This document shows, piece after piece, positions 35,273 through 44,178 of a stretch of 64,000 bases of DNA. The notes under the pieces were generated by a model. It did no database searches and was not told where the DNA came from. It worked only from the letters and a program-made list of their open reading frames with translations. Each line of letters opens with the position of its first letter. The stretch's first letter is position 1. The DNA is from Minisyncoccota bacterium (GTDB lineage: Bacteria; Patescibacteriota; Minisyncoccia; UBA6257; 2-01-FULL-56-20). The stretch covers positions 15,128-79,127 of the forward strand of contig JALHNY010000001.1 of assembly GCA_022843285.1 (NCBI GenBank). The letters run 5' to 3'. The position numbers were made by a program, and so were the translations under genes.

Positions 35273-35288
35273 AGCCTCGGCTTTTTTA
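35262..35288 (+). terminator. intrinsic terminator overlapping rpsP stop
   Basis: CCGAGGC-ctaga-GCCTCGG followed by CTTTTTT. Confidence 0.65.
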
Positions 35289-35363
35289 ACCTCCTTCTGC
35301 TACACTGTCCGCGCAGCGGCAGCAGCCGCAAAGGTCCTCACAGAAAGAACAGACAGATTTGCA

Positions 35364-35657
35364 ATGAACAATCACGCAGACGTTGCCTTCCTGGAGTTCG
35401 TGGTGCAGTCCCTCGTGGATCACCCGGACGAGGTGAAGGTAGAGAGAAAGGTGGATGAGCGGGGAGTCCTGCTCACGCTCCACGTGAACCAGCAGGACAT
35501 GGGGTACATCGTCGGCCGCGGCGGCACGACCGCGAAGGCGATTCGCACGCTCCTGCGCATCGTGGGCATTCGCAACAACGCGCGGGTAAACCTCAAGGTT
35601 GAAGAGCCGGAGGGATCGAACCGCCGCCGCACGTTCAGCGAGCCCTCGGAGAGCTAG
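35364..35657 (+). CDS. khpA: KH-domain RNA-binding protein (KhpA/YlqC-like)
   Basis: GYIVGRGGTTAKAIRTLL is a KH GXXG loop; the position after rpsP is conserved. Confidence 0.75.
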   Translation: MNNHADVAFLEFVVQSLVDHPDEVKVERKVDERGVLLTLHVNQQDMGYIVGRGGTTAKAIRTLLRIVGIRNNARVNLKVEEPEGSNRRRTFSEPSES

Positions 35658-35667
35658 CGCGTTACTG

Positions 35668-35705
35668 AAAAGGTAAAGGCGGGTAGGTGCCCGCCTTTAC
35701 CTTTT
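35668..35705. terminator. long hairpin terminator
   Basis: AAAAGGTAAAGGCGGG-tagg-TGCCCGCCTTTACCTTTT. Confidence 0.7.
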
Positions 35706-35717
35706 CTTAATGTCCGG

Positions 35718-37673
35718 GTGCTAGCATCATCACTGATGCAGTACTGGCAGGGCCTTAGCGTGAGCGCCGTCGCCTTCCTCCTGGGTGCGTTCATCCTGGC
35801 GCGCTGGCAGCGGGGGACCCGCCTGTTCGGACTCGTCGCGATCTCCTCTGGCGCGTACGTCCTGTCACTGACTCTGCTGCTTGCGACGCACCGCATGGTC
35901 TTCAGTCCGGCGGTCATTGCCAGCGGCGCGGCGCTCCTCGGGTTCGCGACACTGTTCGCCGTCAGCTACCTGCGTGGGCTGACCTGGCGCCACGCCCTCG
36001 CCGTGCTCCCGCTCCTCGCCGTGGCCGTGCTCGCGCCCACCGACCTCTTCGTCGCGGGCAGCTACGTGGACGAAGCTTCCGGGCGCCTCATGCCCGTTCA
36101 CGGAGTGGGCGCGCCAGCCATGGTGGCGCTGGTCTTCGGGTACTGCGTGGCAATATGGTCTTCTCTCTGGCGCGCGATTGGCCGCGCCAAGCGCGCCACG
36201 AGGGTGCAGGCGCGCATCGTCTTCCTGGCGTTCTCACTGCTCATCCTCAGCGTCCTCATCTGCAACGTGGCGCTCCCCGTCATCGGCTTGCCCGCGCTCA
36301 ACATGGTCACGGGCTTCGCCCTGCTCACGTTCCTCGGCCTCGTCGCCTACGCGCTCACCGCCGAGAACCTCTTTGACGTCCAGATGATCATGTACCGGAG
36401 CCTCAGCTACGGCTTCGTGCCAGTCTCGACGCTCCTCGCGGGCATCGCGGGGGTTGCCACCCTCAACTTCGCCGGGGCCGCTCCCAGCGCCGCTTCTGCC
36501 GTGGCTGCCGCGCTCGCCGGCGGGGTGCTGGGCGCCGCTTTCTCCCAGGCCGCGCTCCCGTCCAGCCGCACGTACTTCAAGAAGGTCCTGCACCCAGACC
36601 TGGTTTCCCCGGACCGCGTGCGCGAGCTCGTGGCCGACACGGTGGAGCCGCTCCGCGGCCTCGCCGAGCTCCACGCGGGCACCCGCTCCCTGCTCGTCCA
36701 CCTGTTCCGCCCCGAGCGCATCGAACTCCGCGCGGATCACGCCTCCGCGGCCAGAACGTGGACGCGCGCCGACGAGATGCACATCGAGGTCCCGGGTGCG
36801 GGTTCGTACGTGCTCCACGTCCGCAGGTCTGGCGAGCCGTACACGCGGGCGGACGCGCAGCTCGCCGAGGCGATCCTGCCACACCTCACCGCCGCCACGC
36901 AGCGCGCCCTCGAGCACGACCTGGTGGCAGGGCGCGCGAGGGAGCTGGCGCGCGAGGTCGCATCGCAGAGCGGGGAGATCCGCACCTTGCGGGAGGGGGA
37001 GCGGCGCCTGGTCGCCGACATCGCGCACGGACTCCAGACGCCGCTCGCGATTCTGCGCGCCGAGGTGGAGTCCACCTCTGACGTTCCCGAGGGGGTGCGG
37101 CGCCGCGTGACGCGCGCCGTTGACGACCTCGCCGAGCGGGTGCGGAGCCTGATCACGTACGCGCGGGCCGGCGTCCCCCTGCACGCGGAGCACCGCGAGC
37201 CCGTTCGCCTGGACCTGCTCCTCAGGAACTTGAGCGGCTACGTCAGCACCGTTGCCGCGGAGCGCGGGGTGGAGCTCGTGGTGGAGCAGATGGACGGCGC
37301 GGTGGTGGACGGCAGGCGGGCGGACTTGGAGACCATGCTCACGAACGTCCTCAGCAACGCGCTCGAGCACGCGGAGCGCGGGCAGGCTCCTCACAGAGTT
37401 TTCATCTCGCTCTCGCGCACCCTTGAGGGCTCGTACCTTACCGTTGCTGATACCGGGCCGGGCATGTCTGACCGTGACCGCGCCCGGGCGTTCGAGCCGC
37501 TGTACCGCGGGCGCACCACGCGCGCCGGATCTGGCATGGGTCTCGGTTTGGCAATTGCCAAGCAGGTTGCCACCGCGCACGGCGGCACGATCTCGCTCGG
37601 CACGGCGCCGGGCGGGGGACTGCTCGTAGAGATACTCCTGCCCGCACCCAACCACCAGCCACTCACACCATGA
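35718..37673 (+). CDS. sensor histidine kinase with large polytopic N-terminal membrane domain
   Basis: C-terminal HATPase (VADTGPGM..GSGMGLGLAI) plus an H-box region; about 8 TM helices. Confidence 0.8.
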   Translation: MLASSLMQYWQGLSVSAVAFLLGAFILARWQRGTRLFGLVAISSGAYVLSLTLLLATHRMVFSPAVIASGAALLGFATLFAVSYLRGLTWRHALAVLPLLAVAVLAPTDLFVAGSYVDEASGRLMPVHGVGAPAMVALVFGYCVAIWSSLWRAIGRAKRATRVQARIVFLAFSLLILSVLICNVALPVIGLPALNMVTGFALLTFLGLVAYALTAENLFDVQMIMYRSLSYGFVPVSTLLAGIAGVATLNFAGAAPSAASAVAAALAGGVLGAAFSQAALPSSRTYFKKVLHPDLVSPDRVRELVADTVEPLRGLAELHAGTRSLLVHLFRPERIELRADHASAARTWTRADEMHIEVPGAGSYVLHVRRSGEPYTRADAQLAEAILPHLTAATQRALEHDLVAGRARELAREVASQSGEIRTLREGERRLVADIAHGLQTPLAILRAEVESTSDVPEGVRRRVTRAVDDLAERVRSLITYARAGVPLHAEHREPVRLDLLLRNLSGYVSTVAAERGVELVVEQMDGAVVDGRRADLETMLTNVLSNALEHAERGQAPHRVFISLSRTLEGSYLTVADTGPGMSDRDRARAFEPLYRGRTTRAGSGMGLGLAIAKQVATAHGGTISLGTAPGGGLLVEILLPAPNHQPLTP

Positions 37674-38443
37674 CCCGAACGTACGCAACGTCACCCAGCG
37701 ATTTGATGCTCAACCACGCCCCGCAGCCGTACCGCATCGCGGTGCGAGACCTTCCGGCCGAGGAGCGCCCCCGGGAGAAGCTCATCGGGCGCGGACCGGA
37801 GACGCTCTCGATGGCGGAGCTGCTCGCCGTCATCTTCGGCGTGGGCACCCGCACGGAGGAGGTGCTCGCCATGAGCCACCGCCTGCTGCGCGAGTACGGC
37901 GAGCGCGCCGTAGCAGAGCAGCGTGACGCGCGCGTGCTCGCCGCAGCGGTGGGCGTGCCGCTGGGCAAGGCCGCGCAGCTCGTCGCCTGCTTCGAGATTG
38001 GCCGGCGGCTGTTCCAGGAGCCGGTGCGCGGGAGGCAGCAGGTGTTCCTCCGGACGGTGGAGCAGGTGGTGCAGTACGTCACCGAGATGCGCGACCTGCC
38101 CAAGGAGCAGCTGCGTGGCCTCTACCTGAACGCGCACTACGGCATCATCCACGAGGAGGTCATCTCCGTCGGGACGCTCACGGGCAGCCTCATCCACCCG
38201 CGCGAGGTGTTCCAGCCCGCGCTCGCGTACGGAGCTTCGGGCGTCATTCTCGTGCACAACCACCCCTCCGGCGTCGCCGTGCCGAGCGACGCGGACGTGT
38301 CCGTCACGGAGCAGCTCGTCGCCGCGGGCAAAATTCTCGGCGTGTCGCTGCTCGATCACGTCGTCGTGACGAAAACCTCATTCACCAGCATTCCAGCACC
38401 ATACGATGAACAATCAAAACAGGGAGTACACCCTGCCGGCTAG
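37670..38443 (+). CDS. radC: RadC/UPF0758 JAB-domain protein
   Basis: An HhH region is followed by the JAMM motif HNHPSG. Confidence 0.85.
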   Translation: MTRTYATSPSDLMLNHAPQPYRIAVRDLPAEERPREKLIGRGPETLSMAELLAVIFGVGTRTEEVLAMSHRLLREYGERAVAEQRDARVLAAAVGVPLGKAAQLVACFEIGRRLFQEPVRGRQQVFLRTVEQVVQYVTEMRDLPKEQLRGLYLNAHYGIIHEEVISVGTLTGSLIHPREVFQPALAYGASGVILVHNHPSGVAVPSDADVSVTEQLVAAGKILGVSLLDHVVVTKTSFTSIPAPYDEQSKQGVHPAG

Positions 38444-38690
38444 CGCCGCGCAGACCGCCGACGGCTTCTTTGCACACTCGCTCTTCGTGCGGGACCACGC
38501 GTCGCCGCTCTCAGAGCAGCGGCTCCGGGAGCACCTCGACGCCGTCCGGGCCCGCCTCGTGGATCGCCTCGGCAGCCTCGTGGCCCGCCGCGCCGCGCCG
38601 ACCAGGCGCGAGGAGCGGGAGCTCCGCTTCATGCTCGACGAGCTCGTCGAGGCGCTCCACCGGCTCCAGGCGTTCGGTGGAGGGGAGTAG
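38406..38690 (+). CDS. hypothetical protein
   Basis: ORF overlapping the radC 3' end by 38 nt in another frame; no family recognised. Confidence 0.3.
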   Translation: MNNQNREYTLPASAAQTADGFFAHSLFVRDHASPLSEQRLREHLDAVRARLVDRLGSLVARRAAPTRREERELRFMLDELVEALHRLQAFGGGE

Positions 38691-38713
38691 CCATCCCGTG
38701 CTACCCTTACGCC

Positions 38714-39787
38714 ATGCCACAGGCGCACCGTGAAGCCCGGTTCCTGATTGCGGCGGTCGTCGCGGCCGGTATTCTCGCCGCCTTCGTCGCACTCCCGTAC
38801 CTCAACACGATCACCCTGGCGGTGGTCATTGGCATTATCTTCACGCCCGTGTACCACTGGTTCAAGCGGTACGTTCGCCGCGAGGGCCTCGCCGCGCTCG
38901 CCACGCTGACGCTGGCCGTCGTGGTGGTGGTCACGCCGCTCGCCTTCTTCACGTACCAGGCCGCGGGGGAAGCTGCCGGCCTGTACAACCGCGTGACCGC
39001 GGACCACACGGTGGGAGAGCTCGCCGCGTCGTCCGTTCCGCTCGCGGCCATCGCCAGGTACCTGCCGCCCTCCCTGCAGGATGCGATTCCCGCGAGCATT
39101 GACCTGAACCCCATCCTCCGGTCTGCCGGCGCGTGGATCGTCGACCGCATCGGATCCTTCTTCGGCGTGGTCACGAGCTTCACGCTGCACATATTCCTCC
39201 TGCTCGTCGGCATCTACTACGTCATCAAGGACGGCGGCCGCTTCGCCGACTACCTCATCAAGCTCGCGCCCATCGAGCCCGAGTACGAGGAGACGCTCTT
39301 CAAGAAGGTGCACGCCAGCGTGATTTCCGTGGTGCGCGGCTCGCTCATGCTCGCGGTCATACAGGGCGTGGTGGCCGGCCTCGGCTTCTTCGCGCTGGGC
39401 GTGCCGAACTCGGCGCTGTGGGGCGCCGCGACTGCCGTGGCGTCGCTCGTGCCCATCGTGGGCACCTCGCTCGTCATCGTCCCCGCCATTTTGTACCTGC
39501 TCGCGACGGGCTCGGTTCTGAACGCCGGCCTGCTCACGCTCTGGGGGCTCCTCATCGTCGGCACCGTGGACAACGTGCTGCGCGGCCAGCTCATGAAGAA
39601 GGGGATGGACATTCACCCGTTCCTCATCCTGCTCTCCGTCCTGGGCGGCCTCGAGTTCTTCGGCCCCATCGGGTTCATTTCCGGCCCGCTCCTCCTGGCC
39701 ATCCTCGTGGCTCTCCTGGACATCTACATGTCGTACCGGGACCGCTACGACCAGGCACTTGACGCCCCTGGTACACTGAAGCCATGA
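38714..39787 (+). CDS. AI-2E family transporter (PerM/YhhT-like)
   Basis: 8-TM topology and the motifs of UPF0118 proteins. Confidence 0.8.
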   Translation: MPQAHREARFLIAAVVAAGILAAFVALPYLNTITLAVVIGIIFTPVYHWFKRYVRREGLAALATLTLAVVVVVTPLAFFTYQAAGEAAGLYNRVTADHTVGELAASSVPLAAIARYLPPSLQDAIPASIDLNPILRSAGAWIVDRIGSFFGVVTSFTLHIFLLLVGIYYVIKDGGRFADYLIKLAPIEPEYEETLFKKVHASVISVVRGSLMLAVIQGVVAGLGFFALGVPNSALWGAATAVASLVPIVGTSLVIVPAILYLLATGSVLNAGLLTLWGLLIVGTVDNVLRGQLMKKGMDIHPFLILLSVLGGLEFFGPIGFISGPLLLAILVALLDIYMSYRDRYDQALDAPGTLKP

Positions 39788-40038
39788 AGAACGTCACCAT
39801 CTACACCACCAACACCTGCCACTTCTGCCACCTCGCCAAAGAGTTCTTCAAGGAGAAGGGGGTGACGTACACGGAGAAGAACGTCGAGAACGATCTCAAC
39901 GCGCAGCGCGAGATGATCGAGAAGACGGGCCAGTTCGGCGTGCCGGTGATTGAGCTCGACGAGCCCGGGCAGCAGCCCGTCTTCCTCATCGGCTTCGACC
40001 GCGAGGGCCTCACGACCCACCTCGGCATCCCCGCGTAA
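39784..40038 (+). CDS. glutaredoxin/NrdH-like thiol-disulfide oxidoreductase
   Basis: CHFC active site near the N-terminus; 84 aa. Confidence 0.8.
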   Translation: MKNVTIYTTNTCHFCHLAKEFFKEKGVTYTEKNVENDLNAQREMIEKTGQFGVPVIELDEPGQQPVFLIGFDREGLTTHLGIPA

Positions 40039-40041
40039 ATC

Positions 40042-40374
40042 GTGGGCACGCTCCCCAGGGCGCGCGCTCTCACCTGGACCGCGCACAGCCGCGACAAGAT
40101 GCGCCAGTACCGCCTCTCCGAGGGGCGGGTTCGGCGCATCTTGCACTCGCCCCACCGCGTGGAAGAGGGCATCGCCGAGGGCACCGTCGCCATGATGCAG
40201 CAGAGCACGGGCAAGCACCCGTACGAGCTCTGGGTCATGGTCGTCGACAGCCCGAAGGAGCGGAAGGTCATTTCCGCGTGGCGCTACCCGGGCGTCACCA
40301 AGCCGCGGTCTCCGCTGCCGAGGGCCGTGCGCAGCGCCCTCGAGGACCTCATCGCCGAGGCCGGCCTCGCTTGA
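40042..40374 (+). CDS. hypothetical protein, possibly DUF4258-like (toxin-like small protein)
   Basis: T-x-H-S-x-D-K-M-x-x-Y-x-L-S-E-x-x-V-x-x-I-L pattern; weak assignment. Confidence 0.45.
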   Translation: MGTLPRARALTWTAHSRDKMRQYRLSEGRVRRILHSPHRVEEGIAEGTVAMMQQSTGKHPYELWVMVVDSPKERKVISAWRYPGVTKPRSPLPRAVRSALEDLIAEAGLA

Positions 40375-40526
40375 CGTTCGCGCCGCCCACCACGGATAAT
40401 TTGCGGGCAATGCTGCACAGCACGTACCGCTCCTGCCCGAAGCACCAGGCGATCGCCATCGCCTCCTTTGCCGTTCTCACGGTGCCCCGGGCAGGAGTTC
40501 TGTAGTTCACGTACGACGCACACAGA

Positions 40527-40558
40527 AACCCCCTGCCCAGCGCGGGGGGTTTCGTTTC
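40527..40558 (+). terminator. intrinsic terminator
   Basis: AAACCCCC-tgcccagcgcg-GGGGGTTT followed by CGTTTCG. Confidence 0.55.
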
Positions 40559-40641
40559 GTGGACTGGGGTCGCGCGCCGCGCTGCCCAGTCCGGGAAACC
40601 GGCTGGTCACCACCTTTGACAACTAAACACAGGAGCACGCG

Positions 40642-40854
40642 ATGAACGAAACGACAGACAACACGGCAGCTGCAACCGCGCAGCAGCCCACGACCGAGCA
40701 GATTGGCATTACCGAGGAAGAGGGAGACTTCGAATCTACGTTCGATGACCTCCACGACTCTGCCGCCAGTAACAAGAAGTTCCGCTTCAGCAGTGAGCGC
40801 AAAAAGCATTCCCGCCGCGGCGGGGACAGCTGGCACGCGCTCAGCAGGATGTAG
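40642..40854 (+). CDS. hypothetical small acidic protein (70 aa)
   Basis: Strong SD ACAGGAG 7 nt upstream of ATG; a terminator-like hairpin and T-tract follow. Confidence 0.4.
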   Translation: MNETTDNTAAATAQQPTTEQIGITEEEGDFESTFDDLHDSAASNKKFRFSSERKKHSRRGGDSWHALSRM

Positions 40855-40929
40855 CGGAACGGAGCCAAAAGAGGCGCGCCCCCGGCACGCCTTTTTTGTT
40901 ACCCGGTGCCCTGCTACCATACCCCGGCT

Positions 40930-41925
40930 ATGAAACTCAGCATTGGCATCGTGGGCCTCCCGAACGTCGGCAAGTCGACGCTCTTCAAGCATCTCACCGA
41001 GCAGGACATCGTCGTCGCCAACTACCCGTTCGCGACGATCGACCCGAACGTCGGCATCGTGTCCGTCCCCGACGAGCGCCTCGGTGCACTCGCGGCTGTC
41101 TCGAACTCCAAGAAGGTGGTGCCGGCAATCGTCGAGTTCTACGACATCGCGGGGCTCGTGAAGGGCGCGAGCGCGGGCGAGGGCCTCGGCAACCAGTTTC
41201 TGACCCACATCCGCGAGACCAACGCCATTGCCATGGTGCTGCGCGTGTTCTCGGACCCCAACGTCCTGCACGTCGAGGGAGACATCGACCCGGTGCGCGA
41301 CCTGGAGGTCATCGAAACGGAGCTCCTCCTCAAGGACCTCGAGACGGTGGCGAAGCGGCTCGGCTCCCTCGAGAAGGAGGCGAAGACCAACCTGCCTGGC
41401 GCGCGCGAGCAGCTGGCGGTGCTCGAGAAGGTGCACGCCGCGCTCGAGGCGGGGAACTGGACCGCCGAGTTCGCCGACGAGGAGGTCGTCCGCAACCTGC
41501 AGCTCCTGACCGCGAAGCCGCGCCTCTTCGTCATCAACGGCAGGGAGGAGGACGTGCCCGCTGAGCTCACCGCCGCGCTCGACGCGCGCGGGGGAGAGCG
41601 CACCGTGCTCGACCTCTCCGGCGCCCCCGACCTCGGCGCGCTCATCCGCTCCGCCTACAGGCTGCTCGGCCTCGCGAGCTTCTTCACCACCGGAGAAGAC
41701 GAGACGCGCGCCTGGACCATCCCGGGCGGCGCGAAGGCTCCCGAGGCTGCGGGCGCGATCCACTCCGACTTCGAGAAGAAGTTCATCCGCGCCGAGGTGG
41801 TCTCCGCCGCGGACCTGCTGGAGCAGGGGAGCTGGAGCAAGGCGAAGGCCAAGGGGCTGGTCCGCCTCGAGGGCAAGGACTACGTGGTGCAGGACGGGGA
41901 CGTGCTGGTGGTCCGCCACGGGTAG
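40930..41925 (+). CDS. ychF: ribosome-binding ATPase YchF (Obg-family)
   Basis: MKLSIGIVGLPNVGKSTLF, a coiled-coil insert and a TGS-like C-terminus. Confidence 0.9.
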   Translation: MKLSIGIVGLPNVGKSTLFKHLTEQDIVVANYPFATIDPNVGIVSVPDERLGALAAVSNSKKVVPAIVEFYDIAGLVKGASAGEGLGNQFLTHIRETNAIAMVLRVFSDPNVLHVEGDIDPVRDLEVIETELLLKDLETVAKRLGSLEKEAKTNLPGAREQLAVLEKVHAALEAGNWTAEFADEEVVRNLQLLTAKPRLFVINGREEDVPAELTAALDARGGERTVLDLSGAPDLGALIRSAYRLLGLASFFTTGEDETRAWTIPGGAKAPEAAGAIHSDFEKKFIRAEVVSAADLLEQGSWSKAKAKGLVRLEGKDYVVQDGDVLVVRHG

Positions 41926-41954
41926 TTGACTTTTCTCTTAAAATCAGGTAGTAT
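41926..41954 (+). promoter_or_regulatory. sigma70-like promoter (TTGACT, 17-nt spacer, TAGTAT) with no downstream ORF
   Basis: Consensus hexamers immediately after the ychF stop. Confidence 0.55.
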
Positions 41955-41960
41955 GGGCAC

Positions 41961-42048
41961 CAGATGAGTTGCAGTTCAACGTTATTAATGTAGAACTACT
42001 CCATCTGCTTGGCACGACTGCCCCCGCAAGGGGGCAGTCGTGTTTTTA
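41961..42048 (+). ncRNA. candidate small RNA (~88 nt), promoter-to-terminator unit
   Basis: Internal hairpin CAGATGAGT/ACTCCATCTG, then a strong terminator GACTGCCCCC-gcaa-GGGGGCAGTC followed by GTGTTTTT. No ORF and lower GC. Confidence 0.45.
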
Positions 42049-42283
42049 TGGTTCCCTGGGTACCGGTTTGGTACACTGGGAGCAGCTCGAAATCAGGAAC
42101 GTTCGGTGCGGGTGCGATCGCGAGCACTCATCTACTCCAAGCAGACGGAGGTCCACCCGTCGCACTCGCACCGAGGGTTTCTGCGGAGAGAGGCGCCACT
42201 TTGGCGCCTCTCTTTGACTTAGCAGCAATTTATGACATAAGGTGGTCCTGCTCTTTAGTAATTTAATTTGCGAGGAAAACACT

Positions 42284-43324
42284 ATGAAACATGCAGCGTC
42301 GCCGGCACTCGCCAGCGACACCACGGCCTCCGTGCACCCCCTGGTGCTCGAGGCGATTGCACGGGAGAACGGCACCCGCCGCTCTTACGGAAATGACGAG
42401 GTCAGCGAGCGGACCCGCAAGAAGCTCGAGCAACTCTTCAACCGCTTCGCCCACGTGCTGTTCGTCCCGAGCGGCACCGGAGCGAACGTCCTGTCCGTCG
42501 GCACGCTCCTGCAGCGCACCGACTCTCTCCTGATTGCCCGCACGGGGCACATGCACGTGGACGAGTGCGCGACCGTCGAGGCTAACCTCGGCAACCGCCT
42601 CGTTGCGATCGCCACCCCCGACGGCAAGCTCACCCCCGAGCTACTCGACCTCGGGCTCGGCGACCCCACCATGCTGAACCGCCCGAAGCCGAGCGTCGTG
42701 TCCGTGACGCAGCCAACCGAGCTCGGCACCGTTTACACGAACACCGAACTCAGGGCGATCTCCGCGTGGTGCGAAGACCACGGGTGCGCGCTGCACGTCG
42801 ACGGCGCACGGTTCGCCAACGCGCTCGCGCACCTCGGCACCACACCCGAGCTCATGCTCGAGGGCGTGGACGTCAGCGCGCTGTCGCTCGGCTTCACCAA
42901 GAACGGGGGACTCAACGGCGACGTCGTGATGCTTCCGGGTCACGGGCGCACCGGGCACGATGAGGAGCGCATCAAGCGGACCCAGCTGCAGCTCATGCAG
43001 CTCCCCGCGAAAGCGTGGGCAATTGCCGCTGCGGTGGAGGCGCTGCTCGAGGACAACCTCTGGCTGGACCTCGCCGAGACCGCAAACCAGCGGGCGCGGG
43101 AGCTCAGGGCTGTCCTGTACGCGGGAGCCCGAGACCAGATCGGCGAGGTGCTGCCGGTCGAGACCAACGGCGTGTTCTTCACGGCATCGCCGAAGCTCGC
43201 CGCCGCCATTCGCAGCCACTACGACTGCTACTCGTGGCGCACGGAAGGTGAGCTCCGGCTCATGACTGCGCACGACACCCGAGCCGAGACCATTCAACAC
43301 CTCGGCAGCATCGTGCGCGCGTGA
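42284..43324 (+). CDS. ltaE: low-specificity L-threonine aldolase-like PLP enzyme
   Basis: Beta-eliminating lyase fold; start at MKHAASP. Confidence 0.7.
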   Translation: MKHAASPALASDTTASVHPLVLEAIARENGTRRSYGNDEVSERTRKKLEQLFNRFAHVLFVPSGTGANVLSVGTLLQRTDSLLIARTGHMHVDECATVEANLGNRLVAIATPDGKLTPELLDLGLGDPTMLNRPKPSVVSVTQPTELGTVYTNTELRAISAWCEDHGCALHVDGARFANALAHLGTTPELMLEGVDVSALSLGFTKNGGLNGDVVMLPGHGRTGHDEERIKRTQLQLMQLPAKAWAIAAAVEALLEDNLWLDLAETANQRARELRAVLYAGARDQIGEVLPVETNGVFFTASPKLAAAIRSHYDCYSWRTEGELRLMTAHDTRAETIQHLGSIVRA

Positions 43325-43349
43325 CGTGCGAACTCGCGCAACAAACTAG

Positions 43350-43380
43350 AGCAGCTGCATTCGTGCGGCTGCTTCTTTTT
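43350..43380 (+). terminator. intrinsic terminator
   Basis: AGCAGC-tgcattcgtgcg-GCTGCT followed by TCTTTTT. Confidence 0.6.
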
Positions 43381-43412
43381 GCAAAAACTTTTTTACTCGC
43401 GACGTTATCCAC

Positions 43413-43428
43413 AACGTTGCGCAACGTT
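43413..43428. promoter_or_regulatory. perfect 16-bp palindrome AACGTTGCGCAACGTT (candidate operator) upstream of the H1-like gene
   Basis: It is its own reverse complement; additional AACGT(T) half-sites lie at about 43403, 43452, 43459 and 43480. Confidence 0.5.
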
Positions 43429-43512
43429 CGTTTACTATACTTACTTACAAGAACGTACAACGTTCTCGTTAAGGTAAGTCGATTACTTAACGTCATTCAT
43501 TTAGTACTTCAC

Positions 43513-43716
43513 ATGGCAGCAAAGAGAGCTCGCAAGGCAGCCAAGAAGACGACCAAGAAGGTTGTCCGCAAGGCGGCAAAGAAGACGACGCGCAAGGTAG
43601 CCAAGAAGGCCACCAAGAAGGTTGCTCGTAAGAAGGTTGCTAAGAAGGCCACCAAGAAGGTAGCCAAGAAAGCAGCAAAGAAGACGACCAAGAAGGCAGC
43701 ACGCCGTCGCCGCTAG
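43513..43716 (+). CDS. lysine/alanine-rich histone H1-like DNA-binding protein (AKKA/TKK repeats, 67 aa)
   Basis: Tandem KKxxKK(A/V)AKK repeats, as in Hc1/AlgP/H1-like proteins; the DNA is itself tandemly repetitive. Confidence 0.6.
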   Translation: MAAKRARKAAKKTTKKVVRKAAKKTTRKVAKKATKKVARKKVAKKATKKVAKKAAKKTTKKAARRRR

Positions 43717-43738
43717 GCTTCACAGTACTCCACTTACA

Positions 43739-43768
43739 CAAAACCCCCGAGAAATCGGGGGTTTTGTG
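43739..43768 (+). terminator. intrinsic terminator
   Basis: AAAACCCCCG-agaaat-CGGGGGTTTT. Confidence 0.7.
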
Positions 43769-43806
43769 TACTGCCCGGGGAAGCGGGCTTCTGGTAGCAT
43801 AGGGGC

Positions 43807-44142
43807 ATGCAGACGACCTTCCGCTACACGCACATTGACCACTCCGACGCCCTCGAGGAGCACGCCACCAGTAAGCTCGCCTCGGTGGCCCACCTCATTC
43901 CCGCCTACGAGAGAGACGGCGAGGCTCGCGCGGAGGTCGAGTTCGAGCGGACCACCGAGCACCACAAGAGCGGCGACATCTTCAAGGTGCGGGTCCGCCT
44001 CCACCTGCCGGTGGCCACGCTCGAGGCGGACGCGGTGGGGGACGACATCTACGCCACGGTGGATCGGGCGCGGGACACCCTCCACGGCAACGTCCAGCGC
44101 TTCAAGGAGCAGGACGTTGCGCGCCGCCACGCCGAGGAATAA
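43807..44142 (+). CDS. hpf: ribosome hibernation promoting factor (short HPF/RaiA)
   Basis: 111 aa with sigma-54 modulation-protein family spacing; the conserved hpf-secA neighbourhood. Confidence 0.8.
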   Translation: MQTTFRYTHIDHSDALEEHATSKLASVAHLIPAYERDGEARAEVEFERTTEHHKSGDIFKVRVRLHLPVATLEADAVGDDIYATVDRARDTLHGNVQRFKEQDVARRHAEE

Positions 44143-44178
44143 GCTCACCCGGCTACCCAGCCGGAAACAACCAACCAC

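Noticed and set aside
36234-37694. 486-aa minus-strand ORF
   Set aside because: It is antisense to the histidine kinase C-terminal half, and is a GC-driven artefact.
40278-40505. 75-aa ORF in the 3' region after the DUF4258-like gene
   Set aside because: It has no SD, overlaps the preceding gene's end, and has Arg/Pro-rich composition. It is more likely 3'-UTR preceding the terminator at 40527.
42049-42218. Possible SRP (4.5S) RNA, 6S RNA or tmRNA
   Set aside because: It is a long imperfect hairpin, but I could not find the SRP domain-IV GGAA/AGCAGCC motifs, a tmRNA tRNA-like end or tag ORF, or a 6S central bubble. It is left as an unclassified structured element.
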